DNA of 64,000 nucleotides, taken from a virus. The DNA lies in the IMG/VR virus record IMGVR_UViG_3300032006_002011, positions 13,604 through 77,603 of that record. The stretch is one strand, 5' to 3'. Below are positions 40,404-50,767 of this stretch, one piece after another. Position numbers and translations under genes: made by a program. The notes beneath the pieces were generated by a model. It saw nothing but the letters and a program-made list of their open reading frames with translations, searched no databases and was not told the origin of the DNA. Position 1 is the first letter of the stretch. The number at the start of each line of letters is the position of its first letter.

Positions 40404-41029
40404 TTGTATCTCATAAGCACAAGTTCATATTTTTCAAACCGTGGAAAGTCGGTGGTAATAGTGTTGAACATAATTTGATTGAGCATTGTGGTGATAAAGA
40501 CTTAATAGACACAACACACAGAAATCCCAAAGACACCCTTGACATAATAGGAAAACGAAAGTTCAACAAGTACTTTAAGTTTACAATCGCAAGGAATCCT
40601 TGGGATAGAATGGTTTCTTATTTTTGGTGGCAAGACGGGGGTTTGGTAGGAAAGAATCACAGAAAGAACATTAACAAACTTGTAAAGATGCAGTTTAACG
40701 GATATCAGTTCAAAGAACAATTTGCTCGTTGGATTGGAAACTATTCCCACTTCAACCAACCTTTCTATTTTGATGACAAAGGAAATCCAATAATGGACCA
40801 CTATATGAAGTTTGAGAACCTGGACAACGACTATAAGAAAATTTGCAAGAAGCTAAAGTTACCATACAAGAGTCTTAAAAAAATAGGAACATTTCCATTC
40901 AAGAAAAAGAATGAAGAATATTGGAAATATTACAACTATGAGTCGGGTGCGGTAATTGCACAACGACACAAAAAAACAATAGAAATGTTTAATTATACGT
41001 GCGGTCCCGCACCAAAGAAAGATATTTAA
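40400..41029 (+). CDS. Sulfotransferase (Sulfotransfer_2 type)
   Basis: KFIFFKPWKVGGNS 5'-PSB-like loop, RNPWDRMVSYF 3'-PB motif, FENL. Confidence 0.8.
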   Translation: MIVSHKHKFIFFKPWKVGGNSVEHNLIEHCGDKDLIDTTHRNPKDTLDIIGKRKFNKYFKFTIARNPWDRMVSYFWWQDGGLVGKNHRKNINKLVKMQFNGYQFKEQFARWIGNYSHFNQPFYFDDKGNPIMDHYMKFENLDNDYKKICKKLKLPYKSLKKIGTFPFKKKNEEYWKYYNYESGAVIAQRHKKTIEMFNYTCGPAPKKDI

Positions 41030-41033
41030 TTAT

Positions 41034-41285
41034 ATGAAGTTATCAGATGTCAAAATAGAAAACGATCAAATAGTTCTGAAATTTGATTATCGTATGTATG
41101 GCATTGGTGATGATATTACCATGATGCACGATTTGAAATTGTGGTCAAACCCAAAGAAAGTTTGTGAAGACTTGGTAAATACCGCAAATGGTATTATAGA
41201 TATATTAGAACTTGATATGGAAATTAAATCGGTAGAAACAAAGTCCGACATTTCTTCACAAGACTTGTCCGACAGATGGGGATAA
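41034..41285 (+). CDS. Hypothetical protein
   Basis: 83-aa ORF in operon spacing. Confidence 0.6.
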   Translation: MKLSDVKIENDQIVLKFDYRMYGIGDDITMMHDLKLWSNPKKVCEDLVNTANGIIDILELDMEIKSVETKSDISSQDLSDRWG

Positions 41286-41289
41286 AATT

Positions 41290-41661
41290 ATGAGTGAACA
41301 AGACGAAAGCATTAGACCTTGGGGAAATTACGAAATTCTCCTAGACGCAGATTACTGCAAAGTTAAACGCATCTTTGTAAAACCCGGACAACGACTTAGT
41401 TATCAGTACCACCACAAACGACAAGAAGCATGGACGGTCGTTAGTGGAGTTGCAAGAATAACCTTGGATGACGTTACCGAAGATTACAAACCAGGTGAAA
41501 CTGTTTTGATTCCACTTGGTGCAAAGCATCGCATGGCAAACCCAAGTGATGACGAAATGATGATTTTAATTGAAGTTCAAACAGGAACTTATTTTGGTGA
41601 GGACGATATTGTGCGTGTTCAAGATGACTATGATCGTCCAGAAAAACACGAATCGGAGTAA
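41290..41661 (+). CDS. Cupin, mannose-6-phosphate isomerase type II C-terminal domain
   Basis: RPWG, LSYQYHHKRQEAW, HR, EVQTG.YFGEDDIVR. Confidence 0.9.
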   Translation: MSEQDESIRPWGNYEILLDADYCKVKRIFVKPGQRLSYQYHHKRQEAWTVVSGVARITLDDVTEDYKPGETVLIPLGAKHRMANPSDDEMMILIEVQTGTYFGEDDIVRVQDDYDRPEKHESE

Positions 41662-41665
41662 CCTT

Positions 41666-42073
41666 ATGAAAACAGTAGCAGTTAGTGGATACTTTGACCC
41701 AATTCATGTGGGACACTTGGAATACCTTGAGTTGGCAAAAGAACTTGGTGATCGTCTTGTTGTTATCGTAAACAACAATCATCAATGTGTTCTTAAAAAA
41801 GGCAAACCATTTATGGATGAAGCAGACCGAGTAAAAATCGTAGAAGCACTCGGAATCGTTGATGAGGCATTTCTCAGCATTGATAAGGACAAAAGTGTAT
41901 GTGCTTCACTCGATGCAATTAAACCAGACATCTTTGCAAATGGTGGAGACAGAAGTGTGGGTGAAGTTCCAGAAAGTGTTGTTTGTAAGAAACATGGAAT
42001 AGAAATGGTTGATGGTCTCGGCGACAAAATCAGAAGTTCTTCTGACCTGACTGGACTAAAAGAAAAGAAGTAA
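41666..42073 (+). CDS. Cytidylyltransferase-like nucleotidyltransferase (HxGH)
   Basis: SGYFDPIHVGH, FANGGDR, IRSSS. Confidence 0.9.
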   Translation: MKTVAVSGYFDPIHVGHLEYLELAKELGDRLVVIVNNNHQCVLKKGKPFMDEADRVKIVEALGIVDEAFLSIDKDKSVCASLDAIKPDIFANGGDRSVGEVPESVVCKKHGIEMVDGLGDKIRSSSDLTGLKEKK

Positions 42074-42092
42074 GGTTTGTCTACTTATAGTT

Positions 42093-42998
42093 GTGGACAA
42101 AGTACTTATAACAGGTGGTGCGGGATTTGTCGGAACTGCACTAATTAAAAAACTTATACGCAAGTATAAGAACATTGAAATTGTTTCCATTGACAATTAT
42201 AGTAGTGGTTCGGTGAACAATCATGTAAAGAGCAAGAAAGTAACTTATCTTGATAAGGATACTCAAAACTTAGTTCCCAAAAAATTCGGCATGAACGATA
42301 CCAAGATGGACATTGCCGATGCATTTGAACCAGATGTCGTTTTTCATTTCGGTGAGTTCTCAAGAATCGTAACGAGTTTCGATTCTTTTGATAATTGTTG
42401 GGACTACAATATGCAAGGCACAAAAATGGTTCTTGATTATTGTGTCGCAAAAAAAGCAAAGTTGGTTTATAGTGCAAGTTCAAGTAAGTTCGGAAACGAT
42501 GGGAAGGACGAAAACCTTTCTCCATATGCTTGGATGAAAGCAAAGATGGTTGAACTAATTAAAAACTATTCAGAGTGGTTTGACTTAAAATATGAAATCA
42601 CCTATTTCTATAATGCGTATGGACCAGGACAAATAAGAACTGGGGATTATGCAACCGTCATCGGAATCTTTGAAGAGCAATACTCCAAGGGAGAACCACT
42701 TACAGTTGTAGAACCAGGTGAACAATCAAGAGACTTTACCCACATCAGTGATATTGTACGGGGAGTTATACTGGCCGCAGAGAAAGGAAGGCAAGATGAG
42801 TATCCCCTCGGCACGGCAATTTCACATAAAATTATTGATGTGGCAAAAATGTTTAACCATGAATATGTTATGATTCCAGAAAGGAGAGGTGAGAGATTTT
42901 ACGGAAAAGCAATTCCCTCACTAACTTATCAGCATCTTGGTTGGGTAGCAAAAATTAAGTTGGAAGATTATATTTCAAAAATCATATGTAAAAAGTAA
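42093..42998 (+). CDS. NAD-dependent nucleotide-sugar epimerase/dehydratase (extended SDR)
   Basis: TGGAGFVG, YAWMK (YxxxK), YNAYGP, RDFTH. Confidence 0.9.
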   Translation: MDKVLITGGAGFVGTALIKKLIRKYKNIEIVSIDNYSSGSVNNHVKSKKVTYLDKDTQNLVPKKFGMNDTKMDIADAFEPDVVFHFGEFSRIVTSFDSFDNCWDYNMQGTKMVLDYCVAKKAKLVYSASSSKFGNDGKDENLSPYAWMKAKMVELIKNYSEWFDLKYEITYFYNAYGPGQIRTGDYATVIGIFEEQYSKGEPLTVVEPGEQSRDFTHISDIVRGVILAAEKGRQDEYPLGTAISHKIIDVAKMFNHEYVMIPERRGERFYGKAIPSLTYQHLGWVAKIKLEDYISKIICKK

Positions 42999-43027
42999 TT
43001 GACTTATTTTAGTCAATGGGCTATAAT
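42999..43027 (+). promoter_or_regulatory. Near-consensus sigma70 promoter of the asnB operon
   Basis: TTGACT-N17-TATAAT, 10 nt before ATG 43038. Confidence 0.8.
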
Positions 43028-43037
43028 ATATGATACA

Positions 43038-44684
43038 ATGTGCGGTATATTAGGCGGTAACCAATTCAACGATATAGAACAGGTCAAAACTGGTCTGGCA
43101 TCTATCATGCATCGTGGTACGGACGGAAACGTAGTGTTCCACTTCAAAGAAAATGACTTCTATATGTGTCATAACAGGTTGTCTATTCAAGACTTATCAG
43201 AGTCAGCAAATCAACCGCTCATATCAGAAGATGAAAAATTTATTTTGGCATTTAACGGGGAGATGTGGAAACCATTCTTTAGGAAGTTCAATTCCAAACT
43301 AAGAAAAAAATACAACTTCAAGACTGAGCGGAGTGATTCGGAGTTGTTACTTTATTACTTAATAGATAATCGTGACAACATATTGAAGTCAATGAAGAAA
43401 CTTGACGGAATGTTTTGTTTTGCTTTTTATGACATAGAAAGAAACGAACTTACGTTGGGCAGAGATTTCATCGGAAGGCTTCCTTTATACTATGCGTTTG
43501 AAAAAAACAAAATAGTTTTCTCAAGTGAAGTAAAGGGAATACAATCGGCAAAACCAGAATATAAGTTTTTTAATGTAGACAGAAGTCGTAAACCACCCGA
43601 GGGACAGGAAGAGAAAATAAAGGTTGTAGAACCAGGAACAATTGTAACGGTTTCCAAAAATTTCTTTGGTACTATCAGTTGCGAAATCAAACGATGGAAC
43701 GATTTCAAACCCGAGTTCAACCCAGAGAACCCAACCCTATATACTCGTTCCGAGACAGACTTAACCCTACTTGAAGGGGAGGACTTAGGAATTGACTATT
43801 ACGCATCCGAGTTCAGAAAACGGTTGGAAAAAGCAGTTGACGATGAATTGATTAGTGACACCCCAATCTGTACGATTTTAAGTGGTGGCATTGATAGTAC
43901 AATCATCACATATCTTCTAAAAAAGAAGAACCCAGACATTGAAGCATTCGTGGTAAACGTAACGTCAAACAGAAAGCAGACACTAAAAGATGACTTATAT
44001 TATGCCAAGATAGCTGCCAACGAATTGGGAGTTAGGTTACACGAAGTTAATGTCAGCAAAGACGATATTGAAAACAATCTAAAAGAAAGCATCTGGGCAT
44101 CCGAGACTCATAAGTGGACACAGGTATCTCCTGCGGTTGCTCAACTATTCTTGTCGTGGGAAATCCGTGACAAAGGATATAAGGTTGTATTTGGTGGAGA
44201 GGGAGCAGATGAAATCTTTGCAAGTTATGGAGACGTCAAGAGATTCTGTTGGCCCGACCCACTTGCTTGGCATCAAAAAAGAGTCAACCTCATCAACAAC
44301 CTTCACAAGAATAATCTCATCAGAACCAACAAGGCAATGATGTATGGTGGCAAGGTAGAATTGAGAACTCCGTTTCTAAACAAGGAAGTTATTGATTTCG
44401 GTTTAAGGATTCCGACCAGATATAGAGATGAAGCAGATGGTAAGGGAAACATAATGAAGTATGTTTTGCGGAAAGCATTTGAGGGAGAGATTTCAGAAGA
44501 ACTTCTCTGGAGACCCAAAAAGACTTTTCAACAAGGATGTCACACGGATTACTTAAAGAAGGAGCAGGAGACCATAGATAAATACTTTAATGAATTGTTC
44601 GTTGAAAACAAAGTTCCTGCCAAATATATTGGTAGGAGTATTGGTCATGTATCTGCTAGAATCAAAGTAAAGGAGATGGCATGA
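43038..44684 (+). CDS. asnB: Asparagine synthetase B-like glutamine amidotransferase
   Basis: MCGI Ntn cysteine (true start 43038), HRG, RLSIQD, NGE, LSGGIDS, GEGADE, ELRTPFL. Confidence 0.9.
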   Translation: MCGILGGNQFNDIEQVKTGLASIMHRGTDGNVVFHFKENDFYMCHNRLSIQDLSESANQPLISEDEKFILAFNGEMWKPFFRKFNSKLRKKYNFKTERSDSELLLYYLIDNRDNILKSMKKLDGMFCFAFYDIERNELTLGRDFIGRLPLYYAFEKNKIVFSSEVKGIQSAKPEYKFFNVDRSRKPPEGQEEKIKVVEPGTIVTVSKNFFGTISCEIKRWNDFKPEFNPENPTLYTRSETDLTLLEGEDLGIDYYASEFRKRLEKAVDDELISDTPICTILSGGIDSTIITYLLKKKNPDIEAFVVNVTSNRKQTLKDDLYYAKIAANELGVRLHEVNVSKDDIENNLKESIWASETHKWTQVSPAVAQLFLSWEIRDKGYKVVFGGEGADEIFASYGDVKRFCWPDPLAWHQKRVNLINNLHKNNLIRTNKAMMYGGKVELRTPFLNKEVIDFGLRIPTRYRDEADGKGNIMKYVLRKAFEGEISEELLWRPKKTFQQGCHTDYLKKEQETIDKYFNELFVENKVPAKYIGRSIGHVSARIKVKEMA

Positions 44685-45490
44685 ACATATTACTAAAAGA
44701 CAAATCAGACCTCGGTGAAGTAGACAAGTTTATCCCCAATGCCCATGTTCTTGGAGCAATGCAAAAAGCAGACGGCATTCCAACCCAAGACATTAAAGTA
44801 ATATCCACCAAGTTCAGCAAGGTGGGCAAGACCACCCTAGACAAATACCCAAACCTTGAGTGGGTTGTTCACAGAGGTCATGGGGTTGATTCGGTCAACC
44901 TAAAGTTATGCAAACAACATAACGTGGGAGTCGTTGCAACAAGCCCAAACACAAACGGATGTGCTTACTGGATAAAGGATAAACTGATTGAGGGTGATTG
45001 CGTTATATTCGGCAACGGAGTCATTTCCAAAAAAGTTCAAGGTATCGTTGAAGAAAATTTTGAAATTATAAATTCAAAGACGGATAGTGCAACAATTAAA
45101 CAGATAGTGTCACTTCCCAATATCAAAAACATAATCACAACAGTACCGTTGAATGATTCCACAAAAAATATGTTTGATGCAGAATTGTTTGAAAACTGCA
45201 ACTCGGTGAACTTTGTATCCATCAGTCGTGCGGAATGCCATGACAATTTAGCCTTGCTTTCTCTGATAAACGGTGGTAATATAGCATCCGCACATATTGA
45301 TACATTGGGAACAGAGTTAAGGGAAGAACTAATCGACACCGAAAAAGTTAAATACTACAATCACACCTCATGGGATTTCCTTGGGGAAAAGAACGATCAT
45401 AAAAAGTTGAGTGAGATTATCAACGATTGTTTGAATGACAAAGTAAGCAATGCAATTTTAGAAAGGCAAGAAAACAAATGGTTTCAGTAA
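44681..45490 (+). CDS. Divergent D-isomer 2-hydroxyacid dehydrogenase-like protein
   Basis: [34 protein letters not shown]-terminal HTSW. Confidence 0.65.
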   Translation: MNILLKDKSDLGEVDKFIPNAHVLGAMQKADGIPTQDIKVISTKFSKVGKTTLDKYPNLEWVVHRGHGVDSVNLKLCKQHNVGVVATSPNTNGCAYWIKDKLIEGDCVIFGNGVISKKVQGIVEENFEIINSKTDSATIKQIVSLPNIKNIITTVPLNDSTKNMFDAELFENCNSVNFVSISRAECHDNLALLSLINGGNIASAHIDTLGTELREELIDTEKVKYYNHTSWDFLGEKNDHKKLSEIINDCLNDKVSNAILERQENKWFQ

Positions 45491-46686
45491 AAGAAAAGAA
45501 GACACAGAAAGTCAAAGTCAAGGATGACATTTCAGATGAAGTTAAGGATGCGTTTAGGAAACACGCAAAGTTTTATCAGGAATACGATGTTCCACCACAG
45601 TGGAAAGACCAACCCATTGCGTGTAAAGAACCCAACCTAGATCCATTTAAGAAAATTAATTGGAAGAACTTATGGGAAGCAGACCGAAAGGGAAGGTTGT
45701 TTTGGCACGAAGATGAAAACAATGAAATTGTATGGAGTTACATTTGTGCGGAAGCAAAGTCGAGTCGTGGTATCAAGGATATAGCAGAAGATGTCGTGGC
45801 AACCATCAAGGCAGGTGATTTGCAAATCTCACGATTCGCATATGCACCCGAATGGAAGCAAGAGTTAATTGATGACATTGAATCCAAACGTGAATTGGAA
45901 AACGACTTCTTCAACACCAAGAGAGACTTATTTTTTACAGACGTCAACATGGAACTTCAACAAGACAAAGATGTCTGCGAGGCACTAAATGCAACTTGGT
46001 TGAGTAGCAAGGTAACCGCAGTTGGATCGGAAGTCCGTGGTATTTGGTATGAAGGCGAATTGAAGCAACCCGGTGTATCCAAGTACGAAGACATCAAAAT
46101 TAAAAAGATGAAACTATCTTCTATCAACAAAAAGGAATGTGCGGAACTTGTTCAAGAAATCAAAGATTACAAGGAAGCAGTTAATCCTTGGAGTTATGAT
46201 GGAATCAACGGAAACTACGGAGGACCAGAAAAGACTTGGTACACCATTGAAGTAGTTCCAATTAATCCCAATAGTGAAACTGACTATACGATTCTTGAGA
46301 AACTTCCCAAACTTGCCAAGATTGTAAACGAAATAACTTCAGTTGACAAATGCACTTGGTTGGTTATCACAAGAGTAGAACCAAAGAAGGGAGTCATTCA
46401 ACGGCATACCGACATTGGTCACGATAGTTGGGACTACCAAACCAAAAATGGTCCTAAACTTGGTCGTTCTCTGCGAGTACACTTCCCAATTCAAGTTGAC
46501 GAAGATTGTGTATTCACTCAAGTTGGACTTGACGGAGAAACCGAAGACTTCCGTTTAAAGACGGGGGAATATTACTATATGGATAAACGCAAACCTCACT
46601 GGGTTGTAAACAACTCCGAAGATTATAGGTTTCATGTAATCATGGATTTGGAGTGTGAACAAAAACACTTGGATGCTCTCCTTTAA
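45478..46686 (+). CDS. Fusion of an unassigned (possibly GNAT-like) N-domain and an Asp/Asn beta-hydroxylase-type 2OG-Fe(II) dioxygenase
   Basis: IQRHTD (HxD), [25 protein letters not shown]. Confidence 0.75.
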   Translation: MVSVKEKKTQKVKVKDDISDEVKDAFRKHAKFYQEYDVPPQWKDQPIACKEPNLDPFKKINWKNLWEADRKGRLFWHEDENNEIVWSYICAEAKSSRGIKDIAEDVVATIKAGDLQISRFAYAPEWKQELIDDIESKRELENDFFNTKRDLFFTDVNMELQQDKDVCEALNATWLSSKVTAVGSEVRGIWYEGELKQPGVSKYEDIKIKKMKLSSINKKECAELVQEIKDYKEAVNPWSYDGINGNYGGPEKTWYTIEVVPINPNSETDYTILEKLPKLAKIVNEITSVDKCTWLVITRVEPKKGVIQRHTDIGHDSWDYQTKNGPKLGRSLRVHFPIQVDEDCVFTQVGLDGETEDFRLKTGEYYYMDKRKPHWVVNNSEDYRFHVIMDLECEQKHLDALL

Positions 46687-47554
46687 TTTCAATACTCCCA
46701 CCGAAGAATATTCTTGTGATGGTCGTTCTGTTTATGTAAAACGGGATGATTTGCTCAACGGAGATATGGACTTACCTCCTTGGGCAAAGATGGAAGGCAT
46801 CCGCAGGGTACTTGAAAGTGGTGACCTAAACAAAGATATTCCAATTATACACTTATCAGTTCGTGTAAGTTATAGTGGTTGGGCATTGGCATATATAGGT
46901 CGTGAACTTGGGTTTGACATTAAGATTGCTTATCCAGATAGTAAGGACTACCCAAAAGAAGCACTTAAAAAGATAGAGAGTTTCGGTGCGGAAACGGTGC
47001 CAATTAAACCCAACCTACTTAGCATTGTGCTGAACCGAGTTAAGGCAATGGCAAAAGAAGAAGGATTTCAAATGATGCCGTATGCGTTTAATCACCCTGC
47101 TTATATTGATTATTTCCAAACAAGGATGCAAGATATATTAAAAGAAACAGATTTTGACCACCTTGTTATTAGTGGTGGTAGTGGGGTTACGGGTTCGGGT
47201 TTAATCCGTGGGTTTATGGACTTTGATAGTTTTTTCCCCAAGAAGAAAGTCCACATTATTTCTACTGCATCGGAGAATTCCATTGCAAACGTATTAAAGA
47301 AGTGGAACGCATATCACAGAAGCAACATCCGAATTCACGAAACCGAACATGATTTCTTTGATGACATGGATTGGTGCGAAGTTCCATTTCCGTGCAACGG
47401 AAATTGGGATAAGAAAGCATGGATATGGTTACAAGAAAATGCTCGCAATTTAGACGGAAGCGTACTATTCTATAATCTTGGTGGACATAGTGCATCATAT
47501 TTTTGGAAAACACAAAATGAAGAAATACTTTTACGAGAAGAACAACCTAACTGA
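46655..47554 (+). CDS. PLP-dependent enzyme, fold type II (ACC deaminase / D-cysteine desulfhydrase-like)
   Basis: VYVKRDDL, PPWAKME, SGGSGVTG phosphate loop, FYNLGG; alternative ATG at 46673. Confidence 0.8.
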   Translation: MNKNTWMLSFNFNTPTEEYSCDGRSVYVKRDDLLNGDMDLPPWAKMEGIRRVLESGDLNKDIPIIHLSVRVSYSGWALAYIGRELGFDIKIAYPDSKDYPKEALKKIESFGAETVPIKPNLLSIVLNRVKAMAKEEGFQMMPYAFNHPAYIDYFQTRMQDILKETDFDHLVISGGSGVTGSGLIRGFMDFDSFFPKKKVHIISTASENSIANVLKKWNAYHRSNIRIHETEHDFFDDMDWCEVPFPCNGNWDKKAWIWLQENARNLDGSVLFYNLGGHSASYFWKTQNEEILLREEQPN

Positions 47555-49106
47555 GTGTAAGGTCAATATCACATTTCATGAACTTCTTCAGAAGAACGGA
47601 GAAGAACTTGAACAATGGATAGACGAACTTAGAAACTATATCGTTGAGACATGGGATAAGCAGGGGTTACCACCAAGAACAGGTAAAAACGAAAAAGACA
47701 TCATCGCTCAGTTCAATAAACTTCAACGATACGACACCAAGAAGTTTCTACATAAAGATGAAATGGATGGAACTATGACCATCGTAAAGAACTTCAATAA
47801 GTTTGCAACTGTCATTGACCAATTCTTTCCAACGATGCTCAAGACCAAAATTGGTTCAAGCAAACACACGTCTTGGAGTGTATATGATTGCTTTGCCAAT
47901 CCAGAGAAACGAGAAAGTTTTCATACTTGCATGAGACGAACGATACGCAGAGATTCCTTTTTTGCTCATGGAAAAACGATAGGAAAAAACGATACCTCAG
48001 TTCCGTGTCCAACTGAAGATGGTGAGGAGTGGGTTAGGAACTTTGTCAAGGAAAAGGAACTTCACCCCGAGAACGACTTTTGGATTATTGAATTGTTCAC
48101 CGAAAAGAAGTTTGACTCGTATGAAGAAAGTAGTTTGATGTTGACTGCAAAGCAAATCAAGAAATTGTACAAAGAAGGTTTACTCGAAACAAACAACATT
48201 AGAAATCTTGAACGAACCGCAAACTTCGGTGACGATATGGAAAACCTAAACGACACCATCATTGAAGATGAGAAGGAAGTTAATTTTAAATTCAGCATTC
48301 GTTATTACGACAAGACTTCTCGTATTTTTCCTTCAGCAATGGAAGCATTCAAACTTGGGTTGAGTCAACCGGCGGTAAACTTTCCTCCTCTGACTGCAAA
48401 ATATATATACCAGAAGTACACGGATCACGTGGACAACAAAGATGATATTACCATATATGATCCAAGTTCTGGGTGGGGTGGAAGAATTCTCGGTGCTATG
48501 AGCATTGATGATAGGCAGATTCATTATGTTGGAACTGACCCAAATACCGACAACTATATTGATGAAATTGGAAAGTCTCGTTACGAATATGTTGCCGACT
48601 TCTTCAATGAAAAGACCAATGGTGGTAATCCGTTCTTTGGCCATCGTAATACATATGATGTTTATCAAGACGGAAGTGAGGACATTCACAAGAACCCACG
48701 ATTTCAGAAATACAAAGGTAAACTTGATTTGGTTTTTACAAGTCCACCATATTTTAATCGTGAACAATACTCAGCTGACGAATCTCAGAGTTTCAAAAAG
48801 TTTCCTGAGTATGAAGATTGGAGAGACAACTTTCTTCGTCCCACGTTGAAAACCGCATCGGAATATCTAAAGCATGATCGTTATCTATTGTGGAACATTG
48901 CGGATATCGGTGATGGGGATGGATTCATGCCACTTGAGCAAGATAGCAAAGATATTCTTGCGGAATACGGACTTGAGTATGTTGAAACTCTTAAGATGCT
49001 TATGACAACAATGAGAGGAGTCAAGGCAGAACAGGTAAAGAATTGTTGCAAGATAAACGGAGAACTACAGAAGTACGAACCTATATTTGTGTTCTACAAG
49101 AAGTGA
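47517..49106 (+). CDS. SAM-dependent amino-methyltransferase-fold DNA modification enzyme
   Basis: YDPSSGWGGR (motif I), GTDPN, FTSPPYF (motif IV). Confidence 0.8.
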   Translation: MKKYFYEKNNLTECKVNITFHELLQKNGEELEQWIDELRNYIVETWDKQGLPPRTGKNEKDIIAQFNKLQRYDTKKFLHKDEMDGTMTIVKNFNKFATVIDQFFPTMLKTKIGSSKHTSWSVYDCFANPEKRESFHTCMRRTIRRDSFFAHGKTIGKNDTSVPCPTEDGEEWVRNFVKEKELHPENDFWIIELFTEKKFDSYEESSLMLTAKQIKKLYKEGLLETNNIRNLERTANFGDDMENLNDTIIEDEKEVNFKFSIRYYDKTSRIFPSAMEAFKLGLSQPAVNFPPLTAKYIYQKYTDHVDNKDDITIYDPSSGWGGRILGAMSIDDRQIHYVGTDPNTDNYIDEIGKSRYEYVADFFNEKTNGGNPFFGHRNTYDVYQDGSEDIHKNPRFQKYKGKLDLVFTSPPYFNREQYSADESQSFKKFPEYEDWRDNFLRPTLKTASEYLKHDRYLLWNIADIGDGDGFMPLEQDSKDILAEYGLEYVETLKMLMTTMRGVKAEQVKNCCKINGELQKYEPIFVFYKK

Positions 49107-50738
49107 TCACTCAGAAAACAATTCTATCTTTCCGTTTATACCACACGTGGCAAGTTTGATACCAAAAAACTTTTGCAGATAATCAAGTGCTTTTGCACCT
49201 TGTTTCTTTATCCAGGCAAATGCCTTGGATACTCTCTCGGAAATCCAATTCCAAATCTTAACAAACCGGTCTTTAACTTTATTACTTACAGATGCGATTC
49301 CATCTCGGACTTTCTTAATCATTTGCCATTCATTAAGATTTTGAAAACTCGATTCGGTTAAAAGTCGTTTTCCAAATTCGTCTTGCTCAAGACCTTGTTG
49401 GATGATTGTAGAAAAGGTTGGACATATCGCTGAAAAGTTTTTATTTTCCATTATCTGCTTTTGCATCCAAGCAGTAACCTTTTTTGGGTCTTGCTCCATG
49501 TTCCCCCGAAGTGCCATATAAGGAGTGCTATTCCCACTTGTCTTGAATGACAAATAAAACTTGTATTGACTTGCAAGAGAAGAAATATCCTTTACGGTAT
49601 TCATTTTATAATTTGATGTGATCTTACCACTATTGGTATCTATTTCCACCATAGTATCAGCACGACTCTCTGAAGAGTCACCAAACTTTACTGAACCAGT
49701 TGCGGCCTCAAACACAAATAAGTCTTTAAACTTTGCATCCGACAAAAACAGACGATTCATTTCAGACGTAATATACTTTCCATCCTCACGTGCTTGTTTA
49801 AGATTGTCAACGACTGGTTTTAGTTTTTTCATTTTCTTGGGGTCTGCCTCACTTGCCTTTATATCTTTTTCAAGAGAGTCTATGCTACCTCGGTAACCAC
49901 TTTCCGATAAATCAAGAACTGCGGTTTTGAATTTATCCAAGATTTTATTTACTTCACTTGGATAATTCTTGCCATACATTCTAACCGCCGCACCAAACGT
50001 AGATGCAGCCTCTGCTTGCTTGGCACTCATTGCTTGAGAACCACCTGCTTTCTTTAATGAAATTTTCTTTGAACCACCCTTAATGTCAGTCTTGGGGGTT
50101 TTGTTCATTGTACCACTTCCATACTCCTTGAATATATCTCCCCACTCACCGGACACACCAGCACCACCCTTCCCACTACCTGTTTGTGAGATTGGAGAAT
50201 ATCCATTCTTCTTAAATGCAGACGCGAGTTTTTCAGCAATGTCTCTATTAAAATCATCATTCCAGAATCCCTTTCTCTCTATTCTACTCCATTCGTCTGG
50301 AACTTCTTTAGAAGGATCTTTCTTCTGAATAGTTGCAAGACCGATAGCAATCATTGCTTCCCAATCTTCACCACTTGGATTTCCACTACTGGCACCACCA
50401 CTCAAATTATTTTGAGACTTACCAATGTCAGTCATGGAAGTCCCAAACAATTGTTTGATTTTATTTTCTTTGGTATTCCCACCCCACCCTACCAAGTCCT
50501 TGTGACTATCTGCATCAAGCAATTCCTTTTTCATCTGCTTCCATAGAGACTTAGTTCCACTCTTTACTTTTAGTGGGTTATTCTTTGCATCAAGCATCTC
50601 ATCTGCTTCAACTTTATCAATGAATCGTTGCTTGTTATCTCGTTTGAACAGGTCGTGCAACGCAAGTTCACACAAAACATCTTCATACTCAACAGAAGTA
50701 ATCAGAGACTTATTCAAATAATGTTCTACAATGTCCAC
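49107..50738 (-). CDS. Putative virion-packaged protein with a restriction-endonuclease-like core (paralogue 1)
   Basis: DWEAMIA...KTDI-x6-ISLKK.GGSQ, FEAATG.VKF; TATATTTAT upstream. Confidence 0.5.
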   Translation of the reverse strand: MDIVEHYLNKSLITSVEYEDVLCELALHDLFKRDNKQRFIDKVEADEMLDAKNNPLKVKSGTKSLWKQMKKELLDADSHKDLVGWGGNTKENKIKQLFGTSMTDIGKSQNNLSGGASSGNPSGEDWEAMIAIGLATIQKKDPSKEVPDEWSRIERKGFWNDDFNRDIAEKLASAFKKNGYSPISQTGSGKGGAGVSGEWGDIFKEYGSGTMNKTPKTDIKGGSKKISLKKAGGSQAMSAKQAEAASTFGAAVRMYGKNYPSEVNKILDKFKTAVLDLSESGYRGSIDSLEKDIKASEADPKKMKKLKPVVDNLKQAREDGKYITSEMNRLFLSDAKFKDLFVFEAATGSVKFGDSSESRADTMVEIDTNSGKITSNYKMNTVKDISSLASQYKFYLSFKTSGNSTPYMALRGNMEQDPKKVTAWMQKQIMENKNFSAICPTFSTIIQQGLEQDEFGKRLLTESSFQNLNEWQMIKKVRDGIASVSNKVKDRFVKIWNWISERVSKAFAWIKKQGAKALDYLQKFFGIKLATCGINGKIELFSE

Positions 50739-50767
50739 GACAATAAATATATATCAGATGTGTTTTA

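Noticed and set aside
42999-43037. Track start of asnB at 42999
   Set aside because: This TTG is the -35 box; Ntn amidotransferases need Cys2, giving ATG 43038
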